The notes: generated by a model from the sequence alone, not told the origin. DNA of 64,000 nucleotides from an uncultured Phycisphaerales bacterium (GCA_963755915.1 CAVWLP010000002.1:3392001-3456000), one strand, 5' to 3'. Counted from the first letter of the stretch, positions 9,749-19,913 are shown. Translations and numbers: made by a program.

Positions 9749-11057
9749 CTACTGCTCGATCTTCCTGAAGACCAGGGCTGCGTTCTGCCCGCCGAGGCTG
9801 AAAACGCTGCTGACGCTTACGCCGATTTCTGCATCGCGCGCTGTCGCGGAAATATTCAGTTTTGCTGAATCGATTGGCTTGGTGGTGTTGACGGCGGGGG
9901 GGATTTTTTTTGCGTGCAGAGCTAAAGCGGCGGTTGCGGCTTCTACTCCGCTGCCGGCGGCGAGGCTTCCGGTTTGGGCTTTGGTCAATCCCATCGGGAC
10001 TTCGGGGAGTCGCTCGCCAAATGCGAGCTTCAAGCCGGCGAGTTCGGCGCGATCGTGCAGGGGAATTCCCAGGCCGTTGGGGATCAGCAAGTCGACCTGG
10101 TCGGCGGATAAATTTGCGTCTTTCAACGCGCCGGTGATCGCGCGGGCGTAGCTCTTGCCGGTGGGATCGGGCTCGGTGACTTTGTAGGTGTCCTGGGAGG
10201 CGGCGAAGCCGACAAGCTCGGCGTAAATGTTGCGCCGCGAGTTTTGGCGCTGTTCGAGTTCTTCCAGAATCAGCAGGCCGCCGCCTTCGGCGAGAACTGT
10301 TCCGGCGGCGTCGGAGTCGAACGGGCGGACGGCGCGTTGGGGGAGTCGTTGTTGGATTCGTTCAGGCGATGGAGCATGCCGTGGCGGAGCAAACCCATTT
10401 CGTTGACCTTGGTTTCGGCGCCGCCGCAGATGGCGAGGTCGGCCTTGCCGCGCTGGATGGTGCGGAATGCTTCGCCGATGGCGAGGTGGCTGCTGGCGTC
10501 GGCGCAGGTGATGGTGTTGCTGGGGCCTTTGAGCTGGTGAATGATCGTTACGTGGCAGGCGAGCATGTTGGGGAGATATTTGAGGAGCCAGAGCGGGGTG
10601 AGCTGGGTCATGCCGTCGCGGCCCCAGCGCTGCATGTCGAGGTGATTGGCATCATCTGTTCGCCGGGCGGTGCTCATGGCGGCGGTGAGCTCATTGAGCT
10701 CGGCATTGATGAGGCCAGCGCCGATGTTGCAGCCGAAGCGCTTGCCATCGAAGTTGGGTTTCTCGGTGTATGCGGCGGACTGGAGGCCGGCGTCTTTGAA
10801 AGCATCGTCGGCGGCGATGATGGCGAGTTCGATGTCACGGGCCATTACCTTGGTGGCCTTGCGATAGCTTCGGGGAACGAAGTCGCCGATTTTGAAGGGG
10901 GGGCTTCGCCGCCGATCTGGCAGGCAAAGCCGGAGGGGTTTAGGGAGGCGATGCGTTTGACGCTTACTTCGCCGGCGATGAGTGCCTGCCAGTGGGCTTT
11001 GCTGCCGATGCCCAGTGGGGAAATGATGCCGACGCCGGTGACGACCACTCGTCTCAT
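9749..11057 (-). CDS. Ketosynthase-like protein with a degenerate active site (chain-length-factor-like), several frameshifts
   Basis: RRVVVTGVG and WLLKYLPNM are present; TCADASS, PNGLG and KAQTGSL replace TACAS, HGTGT and K..GH. Confidence 0.8.
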
Positions 11058-11066
11058 ATTTCACTT

Positions 11067-11561
11067 CTATAACGGAATCTGGGTCGCGGATCGATAGCCC
11101 TTGAGCAAATCCTTGAACTGGTCGGTGAAAACGAAGTTGTGTTCGGGGAAGGCAGTTCCGGCCAGGTTTTTGTCGATGTGGCTGAACATGAGGTCGATTT
11201 CGGCGACGAGTGGCGCCGCGGTATCGGGGCCGGTGCGGACGAGGCCGGTGATTGAGGCGCCGGTTTCGTTCAGTTGCTCGATGCGAGCGAAATAATAAAG
11301 GGTGTCGCCGGGCCTGACGAGGCGGTGAAAGCGGGCCTTGCCGATTTTGGCGAGGATTACTTTCTCTTCGAAGTTCCGGGCTTCGCCGACCAGGATGCCG
11401 GAAGTTTGCGCCATTCCCTCGATGATGAGGGTGTTGGGCATGATCGGGAAGGCGGGATAGAGATCGTGGAGATGCTCCTCGGCGAGCGAGACGTTTTTGA
11501 TCGCGATCGCCGATTCTTTCGGCTTGAATTCGACGAACTTGTCTATCCAGATCCAGCGCAC
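11067..11561 (-). CDS. FabZ/FabA-like hotdog dehydratase lacking the canonical His
   Basis: MRWIWIDK, KNVSLAEEHLHDLYPAFPIMPNTLIIEGMAQ (LYP in place of HFP). Confidence 0.85.
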   Translation of the reverse strand: MRWIWIDKFVEFKPKESAIAIKNVSLAEEHLHDLYPAFPIMPNTLIIEGMAQTSGILVGEARNFEEKVILAKIGKARFHRLVRPGDTLYYFARIEQLNETGASITGLVRTGPDTAAPLVAEIDLMFSHIDKNLAGTAFPEHNFVFTDQFKDLLKGYRSATQIPL

Positions 11562-11576
11562 GGGAGTTAACGGCTG

Positions 11577-11999
11577 CTACCCGACCTTGGACTGCATGTA
11601 TTTGACGATGGTATCGACGGTGAGAAGCGAATCGGCCGTCTCCATCGAAGGGTTCTTTTCGAATTCGGTGAAGTCGGAGTAGGGGAGGCGCTTCTTGAGC
11701 TCGGCGAGACCTTCGGGGGTGAGCTTGCCGTCCTTTACGTTTTTTTCGTCGTTCATGATGGTGGGGAGATCGTCGGGGAAGAGTTCGCCGCGGGGGATTT
11801 TGAAGGGCTTGGCGGGGTCGGTGGTGAAGGCTTTTTCGAGGCGGAAGACGATGTCGAGAAAATCGATGCTTTCGGCGCCGAGGTCTTCGCGCAGCTTGGC
11901 GGAGGGCTTGACCTCGTCGGCGTCGACGCCGAGGGCGTCGACGAGCACGCCCTGAACCTTGGTGTAAACCTCATCCCGAGACATTGGCATAGGATCCAT
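11577..11999 (-). CDS. Acyl carrier protein with a long internal insertion
   Basis: DLGAESIDFLDIVFRLEKAF carries the Ppant Ser; 140 aa versus about 80 for a typical ACP. Confidence 0.9.
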   Translation of the reverse strand: MDPMPMSRDEVYTKVQGVLVDALGVDADEVKPSAKLREDLGAESIDFLDIVFRLEKAFTTDPAKPFKIPRGELFPDDLPTIMNDEKNVKDGKLTPEGLAELKKRLPYSDFTEFEKNPSMETADSLLTVDTIVKYMQSKVG

Positions 12000-12014
12000 C
12001 CTTCCCTTGATTGA

Positions 12015-12503
12015 TTACTTTGCGATCGCGTTGCCTGATTGACTGAGAATTGCCCATCTGGATTGATTGTGCTCCGTCAGTTGGCGATCGACGCGGCCAT
12101 CGTTTTCAGACGCAAACGACCCGACGTTAAAATATGACATTTCGAGGCGGGCGGAAACGGCGACTTGTCCGTTGACGGTGCCGGAGGCTTTGAAGGTGCC
12201 GCCCTGGTCTTCGAATTTGACGGCGTCGACCTCGACGCGAAGGGCGTTTCCCGGGGCGACGAAGGTGCCGTACTTGACGTTTTTGGCTTCCTTGAGGACA
12301 GCCATGGACTTTGCGAAATTGCTGCGACGGTGGAGGAGCCAACCGGCGCCCTGCACGAGGGCTTCGAGCATGAGGACACCGGGGAGGACCGGGAAGCTGG
12401 GGAAATGGTCGCCGAGATATTCCTCGGCAAGACTGACATACTTGACGGCCACGAGGCGATTCTCGGAGACGTCCTCAATGCGGTCGATCAGGTTAAACCT
12501 CAT
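12015..12503 (-). CDS. fabZ: FabZ-like 3-hydroxyacyl-ACP dehydratase
   Basis: LIDRI, DHFPSFPVLPGVLMLEALVQ. Confidence 0.85.
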   Translation of the reverse strand: MRFNLIDRIEDVSENRLVAVKYVSLAEEYLGDHFPSFPVLPGVLMLEALVQGAGWLLHRRSNFAKSMAVLKEAKNVKYGTFVAPGNALRVEVDAVKFEDQGGTFKASGTVNGQVAVSARLEMSYFNVGSFASENDGRVDRQLTEHNQSRWAILSQSGNAIAK

Positions 12504-12618
12504 TCGTCAATCACCGTTGCTGCAAGGTTTTAGCGGTGGCTGGCGGGCATTGCAAGCGGGTGGGGCGTCTGGAGAGTGGCAAAACGGCCGGCTTAGAAGA
12601 GAGAGGAGTTATCGTCCA

Positions 12619-12647
12619 TTGACAGGCAAGGTGCGGCGACTGACCAT
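12619..12647 (+). promoter_or_regulatory. sigma70-like promoter
   Basis: TTGACA-N17-GACCAT just upstream of ATG 12659. Confidence 0.45.
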
Positions 12648-12658
12648 TTGCTTCTGAG

Positions 12659-13117
12659 ATGGTTGATTGCGCACACCCAGGGCGGGCAGGCGGCTCGCCG
12701 TTTGTTGTCGTTGCGGGCTATGGCCTGCCCGGCCGAACGCTGGTTGAGCTGCTGATTCGGTCCAAAGTTGAATATATCGTGATCGAGCTGAATCCGCAGA
12801 CTTGCGAGCGGGCATCGGCGGGGGGTGTGCATATCATTGCGGGCAGCGCCGCGGATCCGCAGGTGCTTTCGCGGGCCGAGGTGGAGCGCGCCACCCTCGT
12901 AGCCCTGATGGTCCCAAATGACGAAGTGGTGCTGGCGGCGATTCCGCAGGTGCGACGGATCAATTCGTCGGCCTATGTTATCGCCCGTTGTTCGTTCACA
13001 TCCACGGGGATTGAAGCCATCAAGCGCGGGGCCAATCAGAGCATCGTGGCGGAGCAGGTTATCGCGAAAGAGCTTGAAACTATCACGACTGAATTGCTTC
13101 ATTCATTGCGCATTTGA
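12659..13117 (+). CDS. Stand-alone TrkA-N/RCK NAD-binding domain protein
   Basis: VVVAGYGLPGR, IELNP, GSAADPQVL..A.VERA, IAR. Confidence 0.85.
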   Translation: MVDCAHPGRAGGSPFVVVAGYGLPGRTLVELLIRSKVEYIVIELNPQTCERASAGGVHIIAGSAADPQVLSRAEVERATLVALMVPNDEVVLAAIPQVRRINSSAYVIARCSFTSTGIEAIKRGANQSIVAEQVIAKELETITTELLHSLRI

Positions 13118-13332
13118 TGAAAATCCAATCGTGTCGGGGCGTTACATCGATTTTGCAAAGTTGGGTCGTTTTAAGCGGAAACGCTTCTCGCCACACGATT
13201 AGTAGACAATTGAATTTTTTCCTGAAACAAGTTTATTTAAAGAATCCGTGCTGCCTTCACGATACAGGTCTGGAATGGATGATCTTTTTGTCGCATTAGC
13301 AAATGCCTGAGTGAAAGGGCCGATAAATTCGA

Positions 13333-13743
13333 ATGACTACGCGATCTCGCAGCATTATCGCCGTTGATGAGAACGTCCGCCTCCTCGATCAGATTGCCAC
13401 AATGCTCGATGCTTCGCATCGGGTGCTGGCAACCTCAGACCCAAACCGAGCGATATCATGGCTGAAGACCGACCTGAGTGTTTGCGCCGTGATAGCCGCT
13501 GAGAGCCTGCGTGCCCCGACGGGAATGGAGATCCTTTCGCTCGCCCGGGAACTTCGCCCCGAGGCCCGCAGAATTTTAGTGACGAACTACAGCGACCTTT
13601 CGTCGATCGTGGGAAAGGTTCATTCAGGAATCGTTCAGAGAACGATTTCGCCACCGATCGAAGCAGAAACCTTAATAAAGGTTATTGGCACAGCGCCGGC
13701 GCATTCCGTACCCCATCAGCCGGGTGCGGAAGCGGCGGCCTGA
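13333..13743 (+). CDS. Single-domain atypical (pseudo-)receiver protein
   Basis: CheY fold (IIAVDEN, G.E.L...R...P...RILVT.Y.D); VIAAES replaces the phospho-Asp and ISPP replaces ISKP. Confidence 0.75.
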   Translation: MTTRSRSIIAVDENVRLLDQIATMLDASHRVLATSDPNRAISWLKTDLSVCAVIAAESLRAPTGMEILSLARELRPEARRILVTNYSDLSSIVGKVHSGIVQRTISPPIEAETLIKVIGTAPAHSVPHQPGAEAAA

Positions 13744-13916
13744 ATCGCCCCATTTGCCATTTTGGACCACCGGCGCGGCGGGTTTAATCGCCCCGAAACG
13801 GGTGGGACGGATATAGGCCCAATCCCACCGTTTACTCGGACCTTTGGACGTTTGAATGCCGCTGCATATTGTGGCACAATGCCCTTGTTCATACCCTTTG
13901 AACGAGGATTGTGTGA

Positions 13917-14861
13917 ATGCTCCTTCAGACCAATAGCTACATCGTCCCCCGAGATAAGCGCGCCGAGCACGCGCGGCTTCTGCGGCGTTTCCGGCAGACT
14001 CTTCTGCGGCTTGGGTGCGACCATTTCGAGGTGTACGAGCAGGTGGGTCCGAATTGGAGCTCGGCGGATTCCTCGGGCCGATTTGTGCAGATCATGCGAT
14101 TCCGCGATCGCAAGCACCAGATGGCGGTTCAGGGCGCCGAGCGGAGTGACGCGGCCGCGCAGGCGCTGCTCAAGGAATTCTGCGACCTGATCAACCTTCC
14201 CTACCAGCAGCAACAGGGACTGTTTGCAGTGGGGTATTACACGAGCTTCCTGCGAATGCCGCAGCGGTTGGAGGGGCCGGATTCATTTGCGGCGCCGGCG
14301 GAAACGTCTGTGGAATCTGCGTCTGAAGAGACGCATGGCGAGGAAACCCCCGAGGAAACGGCCGAGGAATCGGCGGCGGAAAGCATTTCCGAATCGCCGG
14401 AAACGGCCGAATCTCCCGCGGTTGAGGAAATGCCGGAGGGCGAACAATCGCCGGAAGAAACTCCTGCTGAGGCCGAGGGGTCGGAACCGATTGCCCTGCC
14501 AGATGCGTCTGACGAGACGTCAACTGAACAAGCCGCGGCGGAGGAACCTGTCGCTGACGGCGAAGCGGAGAATATCGAGACCGAATCTCAGTCCCATTCC
14601 GATTCGGAGGCGGCGACCGCTGCCGATGATTCGGAAGATTCCCTGGACCAAGACGGACTTTTCGCGTCCGATGGCAACGGCGACCCCACGGAGGCGCCGG
14701 ACCTCGCGCATCCGGTTTCCGACCCCGAGGACGAGACGGAAAGCTCGTCTTCGGGGACGGAAGCCCAATCGGATGAAACCCAGTCGGATGAAGCCCAGTC
14801 AGATGACGATGAGAGTGAGGTTTCGCCCAAGGAAAGACCCTCCACACCGTTCAGCTCGTGA
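13917..14861 (+). CDS. Hypothetical protein: ~115-aa ABM/DUF1428-like alpha/beta domain plus a long acidic disordered tail
   Basis: Ordered N-terminus followed by an E/S/A/D/P-rich tail with E(A/T)QSD x3. Confidence 0.7.
   Translation: MLLQTNSYIVPRDKRAEHARLLRRFRQTLLRLGCDHFEVYEQVGPNWSSADSSGRFVQIMRFRDRKHQMAVQGAERSDAAAQALLKEFCDLINLPYQQQQGLFAVGYYTSFLRMPQRLEGPDSFAAPAETSVESASEETHGEETPEETAEESAAESISESPETAESPAVEEMPEGEQSPEETPAEAEGSEPIALPDASDETSTEQAAAEEPVADGEAENIETESQSHSDSEAATAADDSEDSLDQDGLFASDGNGDPTEAPDLAHPVSDPEDETESSSSGTEAQSDETQSDEAQSDDDESEVSPKERPSTPFSS
14760..14804 (+). repeat. 15-bp coding tandem repeat x3
   Basis: GAAGCCCAATCGGAT GAAACCCAGTCGGAT GAAGCCCAGTCAGAT. Confidence 0.8.
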
Positions 14862-14980
14862 AGTCGGAATAAGCGGCCCGGCTTTTTGCCTGATAACTCC
14901 CAAATCCGGAATTCGGTTGCAAAGAGGCGTATGATTTAGAGCCGATCCGTGATTCGTTGGAACTTGCCGGGAGCCAGAAA

Positions 14981-15365
14981 GTGAAATCGATTTTTCGGTT
15001 GATTTGTCTTGGCGTAATGCTGAGCGGATGGATCGTCGCGGGACTGTGCCTTTACGTGGTGCGGGTTCCCGATCCGGCCAATCCGCAGCAGTCGAGCCTC
15101 ATCGTGATTCCGAAAAACCGGCTGGCGGTGACGGACACGTATGTCGATGCGCGAAGCTGGACGATGACCGATGTGGCTTCGCATCCGCTGGTGGTGCTGC
15201 GTCTTTTGCGCGGGGAAGGCGGACGATCTGAAATTCCTGGCCGATCCGAAAAGCAAGAAGGATGTCGAAGGCCAGTTGCTGGACGTTTTATCGAATCTGC
15301 CTGCGCCGACCACGACGACGTCTTCCATTTTATCAACGCTTCGCTGGGCGGGCATCTGGCAGTAA
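14981..15365 (+). CDS. Hypothetical membrane-anchored protein, frameshift ~15210
   Basis: N-terminal TM helix, [21 protein letters not shown]; continues as [14 protein letters not shown] in ORF 15171. Confidence 0.6.
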
Positions 15366-15375
15366 CATCGGGGCG

Positions 15376-16863
15376 ATGAACGCCCAAGTGATTCTCCACG
15401 CCGATCGTCCCGGACCGATCATCAATCCAAATATTTATGGGCAGTTTGCCGAGCACCTTGGGCGGTGCATCTATGAGGGGATCTGGGTTGGGGAGGATTC
15501 TGCGATTCCCAACACGTACGGGCTGCGCAATGACGTTGTGGCGGCGCTGAAGAATCTGCAGGTGCCGGTGGTGAGGTGGCCGGGGGGGTGCTTTGCGGAT
15601 GAATATCATTGGCGCGATGGGATTGGGTCGCGAGATCGGCGCCCGAGGCGGATCAATACGCACTGGGGGGCAGTTGTCGAAAACAATCACTTTGGGACGC
15701 ACGAGTTTCTGGATTTCTGCGAGCTGATCGGGACACAGCCTTACGTTTGCGGGAACGTGGGGAGCGGGACGCCGCAGGAGATGATGGAATGGGTGGAGTA
15801 CATGACGTCGGATTCGGATTCGACGCTGGCCGACGAGAGGCGAAAAAACGGACGGGAGAAGCCATGGAATGTGCCCTGGTTTGGGGTCGGAAATGAAAGC
15901 TGGGGGTGCGGGGGGAACATGCGGCCGGAGTTTTACGCGGACAAATACCGGCAATATCGCACGTTCTTGAAAAACTATTCGGGTAACCGCGTGCGGGCGA
16001 TCGCCTGCGGATCGAACGGGACGGATTTCAACTGGACGGACGTGCTGATGCGCGAGGCGTCGCGGCTGATGCATGGACTTTCGATGCACTGGTATGCGCT
16101 GCCGACCAACAACTGGGCGAAGAAAGGCTCGGCGACTGAGTTCGGCGAAGATCAGTACCATTCGCTGCTGCGGCAGACGCTGGAGATGGAGACGCTGATC
16201 TCGAAGCATAGCCAGATCATGGACAAGCACGACCCGGAGAAACGGATCGGGCTGATCGTGGATGAATGGGGGACGTGGTATGACCCGGAGCCGGGGACAA
16301 ATCCGGGGTTTCTTTATCAGCAGAATACTTTGCGCAATGCGCTGGCCGCGGCGGTGAACTTTCATATTTTCCATGCGCATTGCGATCGGGTGACGATGGC
16401 CAACATCGCGCAGATGATCAATGTGCTGCAGGCGATGATTCTGACGGAGGGGGAGAGGATGGTGCTGACGCCGACGTATCACGTGTTTGAGATGTATAAG
16501 GTGCACCAAGGGGGGGCGAGCATTCCGATTGAGATCGAGTCGCCGCAATACAAATTTGCCGAGCACGCGATTTCGGCTTTGATCGCGACGGCTTCGCGTG
16601 ATCCTGCGGGGAAGATTCACCTGTCTGTTGCGAATCTGGATCTGCACAATTCGATTGCGCTGACGAGTGGGTTTTCGGGAACGTCGCCCAAATCGGCGGC
16701 GGCGCGAATTCTGACTGCGCCGGCGATCAACACCCACAACACATTCGCGAATCCCACGGCCGTGAAACCTGGCGGGTTTTCGGGAATCGCCGTAAAAAAT
16801 GGCGAAGTGCACGCGGAATTGCCCGCGAAGTCAGTGGTGGTGATGGAAATCCGAATGGAATAA
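15376..16863 (+). CDS. abfA: Alpha-L-arabinofuranosidase (GH51)
   Basis: [45 protein letters not shown]. Confidence 0.95.
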   Translation: MNAQVILHADRPGPIINPNIYGQFAEHLGRCIYEGIWVGEDSAIPNTYGLRNDVVAALKNLQVPVVRWPGGCFADEYHWRDGIGSRDRRPRRINTHWGAVVENNHFGTHEFLDFCELIGTQPYVCGNVGSGTPQEMMEWVEYMTSDSDSTLADERRKNGREKPWNVPWFGVGNESWGCGGNMRPEFYADKYRQYRTFLKNYSGNRVRAIACGSNGTDFNWTDVLMREASRLMHGLSMHWYALPTNNWAKKGSATEFGEDQYHSLLRQTLEMETLISKHSQIMDKHDPEKRIGLIVDEWGTWYDPEPGTNPGFLYQQNTLRNALAAAVNFHIFHAHCDRVTMANIAQMINVLQAMILTEGERMVLTPTYHVFEMYKVHQGGASIPIEIESPQYKFAEHAISALIATASRDPAGKIHLSVANLDLHNSIALTSGFSGTSPKSAAARILTAPAINTHNTFANPTAVKPGGFSGIAVKNGEVHAELPAKSVVVMEIRME

Positions 16864-16874
16864 AATAGGGCTCA

Positions 16875-16935
16875 CGCAGAGGCGCGAAGGCGCAGAGAAG
16901 TCAAATCCAAAACTCTGCGCCTCTGCGCCTTTGCG
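16875..16935. repeat. Intergenic inverted repeat of (CGCAGAGG)n/(CTCTGCGC)n type
   Basis: cgcagaggcgcgaaggcgcagag ... ctctgcgcctctgcgcctttgcg forms a long hairpin. Confidence 0.7.
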
Positions 16936-16953
16936 TTAGATTGATTTTTCGAA

Positions 16954-19038
16954 ATGAAAATCACGCGCAGAACAATGCTGATGGGGGCGGTGCTCGCCGG
17001 TGGGGAAGTGCTGGGACTTGGGCCGCTGGCGCGAATTGCGCGAGGATCTACCGCCTCGATCGACCGTAAGTCGCTGGTGCAGCGGCATAACCCGAATATC
17101 ACAAAATTCGACCCGTTCAGCGCGCTGACGGTGGGCAATGGGTCGTTTGCGTTTACGGCGGATGTCACTGGCCTGCAGACGTTTTATGAGCAGTGCCGGA
17201 CCGATTTTCCGCTTTGCACGGGGGCACATTGGGCATGGCATGCGACGCCAGCGCCGCCGGGCGTAAATCCGAAAGATTACCGGTACAAAATGTACAATGC
17301 GCATGGGCGTGAGGTCGGCTACGCCACTGACGGCAAGGGACAGGAGCAGTTATACAACTGGCTTCGGGAGAATCCCCATCGGTTACACCTCGGGCGCATT
17401 GCGCTGAATCTGCGGAACGCCGACGGTTCAACCGCCGCTCCCTCGGACATCAGCAACGTCAATCAAACGCTCGATCTCTGGACGGGCATGCTTGACAGCC
17501 GATTCCAGTTTGCGGGGCAATCAATGCGCGTGCAAACAGCGGCGCATCCCAAACTCGATCAACTGGCGGTTCGAATTTCGGGGCCGGCGGATGTTTCGAT
17601 CTCGTTTCCCTACGCGTCGCCGGAAATGGATATGGCGGATTGGGAATCGCCGCAGAAGCATCAATCGGTTTGCACGCGATCTGGAAATCGGGCGGAGATT
17701 TCGCGCACGCTGGATGGGGATAGGTATTATGCGGAGATTGCCTGGACATCGGGCGATTTCACGCAAACGGGGCCGCACGAATTTCATCTGCGGGGCAGCG
17801 GAATTGAATTCGTTGTGCAGTTCAATCCGAGGCAGATTGGCGATGGGATGACTTCGGTCGCAGCGGTTTTCAATGATTCCGCCGACGCGTGGCAATATTT
17901 CTGGTCAAGGGGTGGGGCGATTGATCTCTCGTCATCGAGTGATCCTCGGGCCGCGGAATTGGAGCGGCGGATTGTTCTTTCGCAGTACAACACGGCGCTG
18001 CATTGCGCCGGACCGATGCCGCCGCCGGAATCGGGGTTGATGTTCAATACCTGGTATGGGAAATCGCATTTGGAAATGCACTGGTGGCATGGAGTGCATT
18101 TCGCGGCTTGGAATCGGATCGAACTGCTGGAAAGAAGTCTTGATTATTATCATCGCGTCATGCCTCTTGCGCAGGCGACGGCGCAGAGGCAGGGGTATGC
18201 CGGCGTGCGGTGGCAGAAGATGGTGGGGCTGCTTGGCGTTGATTCGCCTTCGCTGATTGCGCCGTTGCTGATCTGGCAGCAGCCGCACCCGATTTATTAT
18301 GCCGAGCTTTGTTATCGCCATTTGCCTACGCGGGGGACGCTGAGGGATTGGTCGGACATTGTTTTCCAGACCGCGGATTTCATGGCCAGCTATGCGGCGA
18401 TGGATCATGGGAGGTATGTGCTGGGGCCGCCGCTGAAACCTGTGCCGGAAAATACGGATACGACGGCGACGTGCGATCCGGCGTTTGAGCTTGGGTATTG
18501 GCGATTTGGGCTGGCGACCGCACAGAAATGGCGGGCGCGGCTGGATCTTCCTCCGGATCCGAACTGGCAGAATGTTCTCGATCATCTTGCGCCTCTGCCG
18601 CAGGACGATGGGCGGTATCTGATGATGGAAGGGATGACCTACACGTATACGAAGTGGAACTGGGAACATCCGTCGCTGTTGGGGATCTATGGCGTGCAAC
18701 CGGGCGAAGGGGTCGATCGAGAAACAATGCTGCGGACGCTTCAGAAAGTGATGGAAGTGTGGCAGTGGGACCGGTGCTGGGGGTGGGATTTTCCGATGGC
18801 GGCGCTGGCGGCGGCGAAATTAAATCAGCCGGAAATTGCGGTGAAAGCGCTGATGATTGAATCGGTTAAGAATCGGTGGCTGCCGAATGGTCATGTCTAT
18901 CAGCGTCCGAATCTTCCCGCGTATTTGCCCGCGAACGGGGGACTGCTGGCGGCGACGGCGATGATGGCGCAGCTCGACGCATTTCCGCATGATGGTAAGT
19001 GGAACGTGAAGTACGAAGGCCTGGCCCCGCTCCTTTAA
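16954..19038 (+). CDS. Tat-exported six-hairpin glycoside hydrolase (GH65/GH95-like, uncharacterised)
   Basis: TRRTML Tat signal; IDRKSLVQRHNP, VGNGSFAFTADVTGLQT, WYGK.HLEM.WWH, WGWDFP, YLPANGGLL. Confidence 0.75.
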   Translation: MKITRRTMLMGAVLAGGEVLGLGPLARIARGSTASIDRKSLVQRHNPNITKFDPFSALTVGNGSFAFTADVTGLQTFYEQCRTDFPLCTGAHWAWHATPAPPGVNPKDYRYKMYNAHGREVGYATDGKGQEQLYNWLRENPHRLHLGRIALNLRNADGSTAAPSDISNVNQTLDLWTGMLDSRFQFAGQSMRVQTAAHPKLDQLAVRISGPADVSISFPYASPEMDMADWESPQKHQSVCTRSGNRAEISRTLDGDRYYAEIAWTSGDFTQTGPHEFHLRGSGIEFVVQFNPRQIGDGMTSVAAVFNDSADAWQYFWSRGGAIDLSSSSDPRAAELERRIVLSQYNTALHCAGPMPPPESGLMFNTWYGKSHLEMHWWHGVHFAAWNRIELLERSLDYYHRVMPLAQATAQRQGYAGVRWQKMVGLLGVDSPSLIAPLLIWQQPHPIYYAELCYRHLPTRGTLRDWSDIVFQTADFMASYAAMDHGRYVLGPPLKPVPENTDTTATCDPAFELGYWRFGLATAQKWRARLDLPPDPNWQNVLDHLAPLPQDDGRYLMMEGMTYTYTKWNWEHPSLLGIYGVQPGEGVDRETMLRTLQKVMEVWQWDRCWGWDFPMAALAAAKLNQPEIAVKALMIESVKNRWLPNGHVYQRPNLPAYLPANGGLLAATAMMAQLDAFPHDGKWNVKYEGLAPLL

Positions 19039-19913
19039 ATCCTGATCCAGCTATCGGGGACGATATCTTTCGTGGATATTTTGGGATCGGCGAACCAGAC
19101 TTTGGGGGCGATGACGATTTTGTCGGCGGCCGCGCCCAACCACGCTCCCCACCAACTGAACGTGCTGTTGGCGACAACAAAATGTCGGCAGGCGGACATC
19201 AGGCGGATGTCCTCCCAATCGGCGACGTTGCAGTTGTGGGAAATGAAAACGCGCGGCTCGGGGACGTCGAGATTTTCCCGCGTCCACTGTGGATCGTCGG
19301 AAAAAACAAAGAACGTGGGAGACGCAACCCGCTCGCGAACCAGTTCGATCGCGGCGCGATAGTAATCGAGCCCGCAGGTTCCGATCACTTTATTGATGTG
19401 AAGGTCGGACACATAGTCACCCCGCCTTACGTGGATGCTTACCGCTGTGGATGATGCTATTTGCTCGAGCGATTTGCGGTTTTCCTCGGAAGGGGGCTGG
19501 CGCAGTTGAAGCTCGCGGCGGATAAGGTCGCCGTTGTCGCGAAAATATAATTCGCTCTGGAACCAGCCCTCAAGAAACGTCGTGTTTCGAATCTCGAAGA
19601 CGGATGGATCAAACCCATGCTTTCTTCGGCGAACGACTTGCGGAACGATCCCCGGCACGAATTTGTGAGAGAGACCGGCGATGCGGCGCATGCGCGGGGA
19701 ATCGACAAACCGGCAGAGGGCGCTCTCCATTGCCGTTGCAAACCGCGCTTCGATTTTGAACTTATCGAGGACGACCGGGCGGCTTCGGCCGCGCTGGGTC
19801 TCCCAGGTGTCAAGGACGAGCTGTGCGCCGGATTTGATCGTCAGCGATCTGGCCAGGGCATATTGAAATAGCTGGTTGCCGAGGCCCCCCTCGCAGTGAA
19901 GAAATAGTTTCAT
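19035..19913 (-). CDS. Alpha-1,2-fucosyltransferase (GT11)
   Basis: GGLGNQLFQYA, G.FQSE.YF, HVRRGDY, FSDD, NSTFSWWGAWL. Confidence 0.92.
   Translation of the reverse strand: MKLFLHCEGGLGNQLFQYALARSLTIKSGAQLVLDTWETQRGRSRPVVLDKFKIEARFATAMESALCRFVDSPRMRRIAGLSHKFVPGIVPQVVRRRKHGFDPSVFEIRNTTFLEGWFQSELYFRDNGDLIRRELQLRQPPSEENRKSLEQIASSTAVSIHVRRGDYVSDLHINKVIGTCGLDYYRAAIELVRERVASPTFFVFSDDPQWTRENLDVPEPRVFISHNCNVADWEDIRLMSACRHFVVANSTFSWWGAWLGAAADKIVIAPKVWFADPKISTKDIVPDSWIRI

Noticed and set aside
8427-12503. Calling the KS/ACP/DH cassette a ladderane biosynthesis cluster
   Set aside because: The radical-SAM, methyltransferase and desaturase-like genes associated with anammox clusters are absent here, and nothing in the window indicates an anammox organism.
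15052-16812. Long antisense or alternate-frame ORFs (e.g. 15052..16812, 34330..35703, 57285..58760, 22234..23517)
   Set aside because: These are shadow ORFs of high-GC genes on the opposite strand, with R/P/H-biased composition and no motifs.
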